Positions 7,579 through 8,723 of a DNA stretch of 8,723 nucleotides are shown piece after piece (the stretch's first letter is position 1; each line of letters starts with the position of its first letter). Origin of the DNA: Octopus sinensis (Eukaryota). The position numbers and the translations under genes were made by a program. The notes below the pieces were generated by a model. It was given only the letters and a program-made list of their open reading frames with translations, did no database searches and had not been told where the DNA came from. The stretch is from the NCBI RefSeq assembly GCF_006345805.1, contig NW_021828268.1:1-8723 (forward strand), given 5' to 3'.

Positions 7579-7969
7579 GCATGATACATCCTTCAGAATA
7601 TGGAGAAAGTCAGGAAGTATGAGATGAATATATTTATTCATAGAATATCAATTGGTGAAATAAATGTATTCGTCTCACACCTTAATTTCTTCATATTCTA
7701 CAAACTCCTGCTGAAATAATCTTCGCGGATTGCGTTTATGAGATTTCAACTGCATAGGACCCTGCGTTACACTCTTACATATTGGCTTATTATGTGGTAT
7801 ATAGCCAGGTCCACTAAACGAGCTTCATTCTTTTATTTTGTGATTACCACTGGACTATATAAATCTATATAATCTCTGTCTGCCAGTCTCTTTCTCTCAA
7901 CCTTCCGCCTTTGCTCTCTCGTTGATCACACGTGACCATCGGCCATCTTTCTTTTCCTAACTTGAATTT

Positions 7970-8451
7970 CAAACAAGGACAGACAAAGGGATTAAGTCAA
8001 TTACATCGACCCCAGTGCGTAACTGCTAAGCATTTCGTCCGGCATGCTAACGTTTCTTATTTCTTTACTGCCCACAAGGGGTTACACACAGAGGGTACAA
8101 ACAAGGACAGACAAACGGATTAAGTCGATTATATCGACCCCAGTGCGTAACTGGTACTTAATTTATCGACCCCGAAAGGATGAAAGGCAAAGTCGACCTC
8201 GGCGGAATTTAAACTCAGAACGTAGCGGCAGACGAAATACCTATTTCTTTATTACCCACAAGGGGCTAAACACAGAGGGGACAAACAAGGACAGACAGAC
8301 ATAGGTATTAAGTCGATTACATCGACCCCAGTGCGTAACTGGTACTTATTTATCGACCCCGAAAGGATGATGAAGGCAAAGTCGACCTCGGCGGAATTCG
8401 AACTCACAACGTAACGCAGACGAAATACCGCTATGCATTCTGCTCGCCGCC
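7970..8451 (-). mobile_element. F1 SINE array, rearranged: deleted head + 2 units + re-entry into head + truncated third unit
   Basis: Minus strand starts GGCGGCGAGCAGAATGC (A-box largely deleted). Unit 1 is followed by the standard GAAATAG|GTATTTC junction (8234-8247) and unit 2 (8058-8241). Then AGAAACGTTAGC...ATGCTTAGC (8025-8057) is fused to AGTTACGCACTGG, and the copy is truncated at 7970. Confidence 0.92.
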
Positions 8452-8571
8452 TTTGAGTAATGATATAATGTCTAAGTTATGTTTGTACTTGTGTTGTTAT
8501 CAATCAAATAAAATTTCCGTAAGAAGAGTCGATGTGAAAACAAATTGATAGAATTTCATTTTTTCGGCTTT

Positions 8572-8643
8572 GCAGAATTTGAACTCAGAACCTAGACATA
8601 CGGAACAAATACTGCAAACATTTCTTCTGACGCCTAAACGTTT
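8572..8643 (-). mobile_element. Old degenerate F1-related SINE head fragment
   Basis: Minus strand AAACGTTTAGGCGTCAGAAGAAATGTTTGCAGTATTTG...GTTCTGAGTTCAAATTCTGC aligns with the F1 head through the B-box. Confidence 0.7.
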
Positions 8644-8723
8644 ACGTTTATTCAACACCTTCACACATGTGCATAAGCTACTATCAGAAAGCTTTAAATT
8701 CTTTTTTTTTTTTTTCCTGAGTT

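Noticed and set aside
7677-7815. Minus-strand open stretch GPGYIPHNK...FQQEFVEYEEIK ending at AAG|GTGTGA (possible exon)
   Set aside because: Weak acceptor and donor, and no recognisable protein similarity.
2852-8304. Related ORFs NSERSGRRNTYFFTTHKGLNTEGTNKDRQTD (2852-3133 -, 7932-8123 +, 8044-8304 +)
   Set aside because: Antisense translations of the F1 SINE unit. The 184-bp period is not a multiple of 3 and the frames break, so the similarity reflects the repeat, not a gene family.

Overview
Non-coding, repeat-dense eukaryotic DNA. The SINE families match my recollection of Octopus (coleoid cephalopod) repeats, so the taxon call is inference. No credible protein-coding gene: every ORF in the track is a translation of TA/TG/GA microsatellite or an antisense read of a SINE. 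Contents: (1) three loci of one tRNA-derived SINE family (F1: 422-835 +, 2503-3268 +, 7970-8451 -), each a head followed by tandem ~184-bp head-less units joined at the same point, plus one old fragment; (2) a second tRNA-derived SINE (F2, 3750-4150 -) nested in a Tc1/mariner-type MITE (3478-4195; 30-bp TIRs, TA duplication); (3) a probable non-autonomous RTE-derived element (7241-7578 -); (4) a degenerate tRNA-like head (~7067-7137); (5) extensive compound microsatellites and a GA-derived ~24-bp minisatellite. The most unusual signal is the multimeric SINE system: a recurrent precise junction, a 21-bp TSD around a whole dimer, array-private variants, and one array that looks like three circularly permuted units integrated by homology into an older SINE carrying a different tail.
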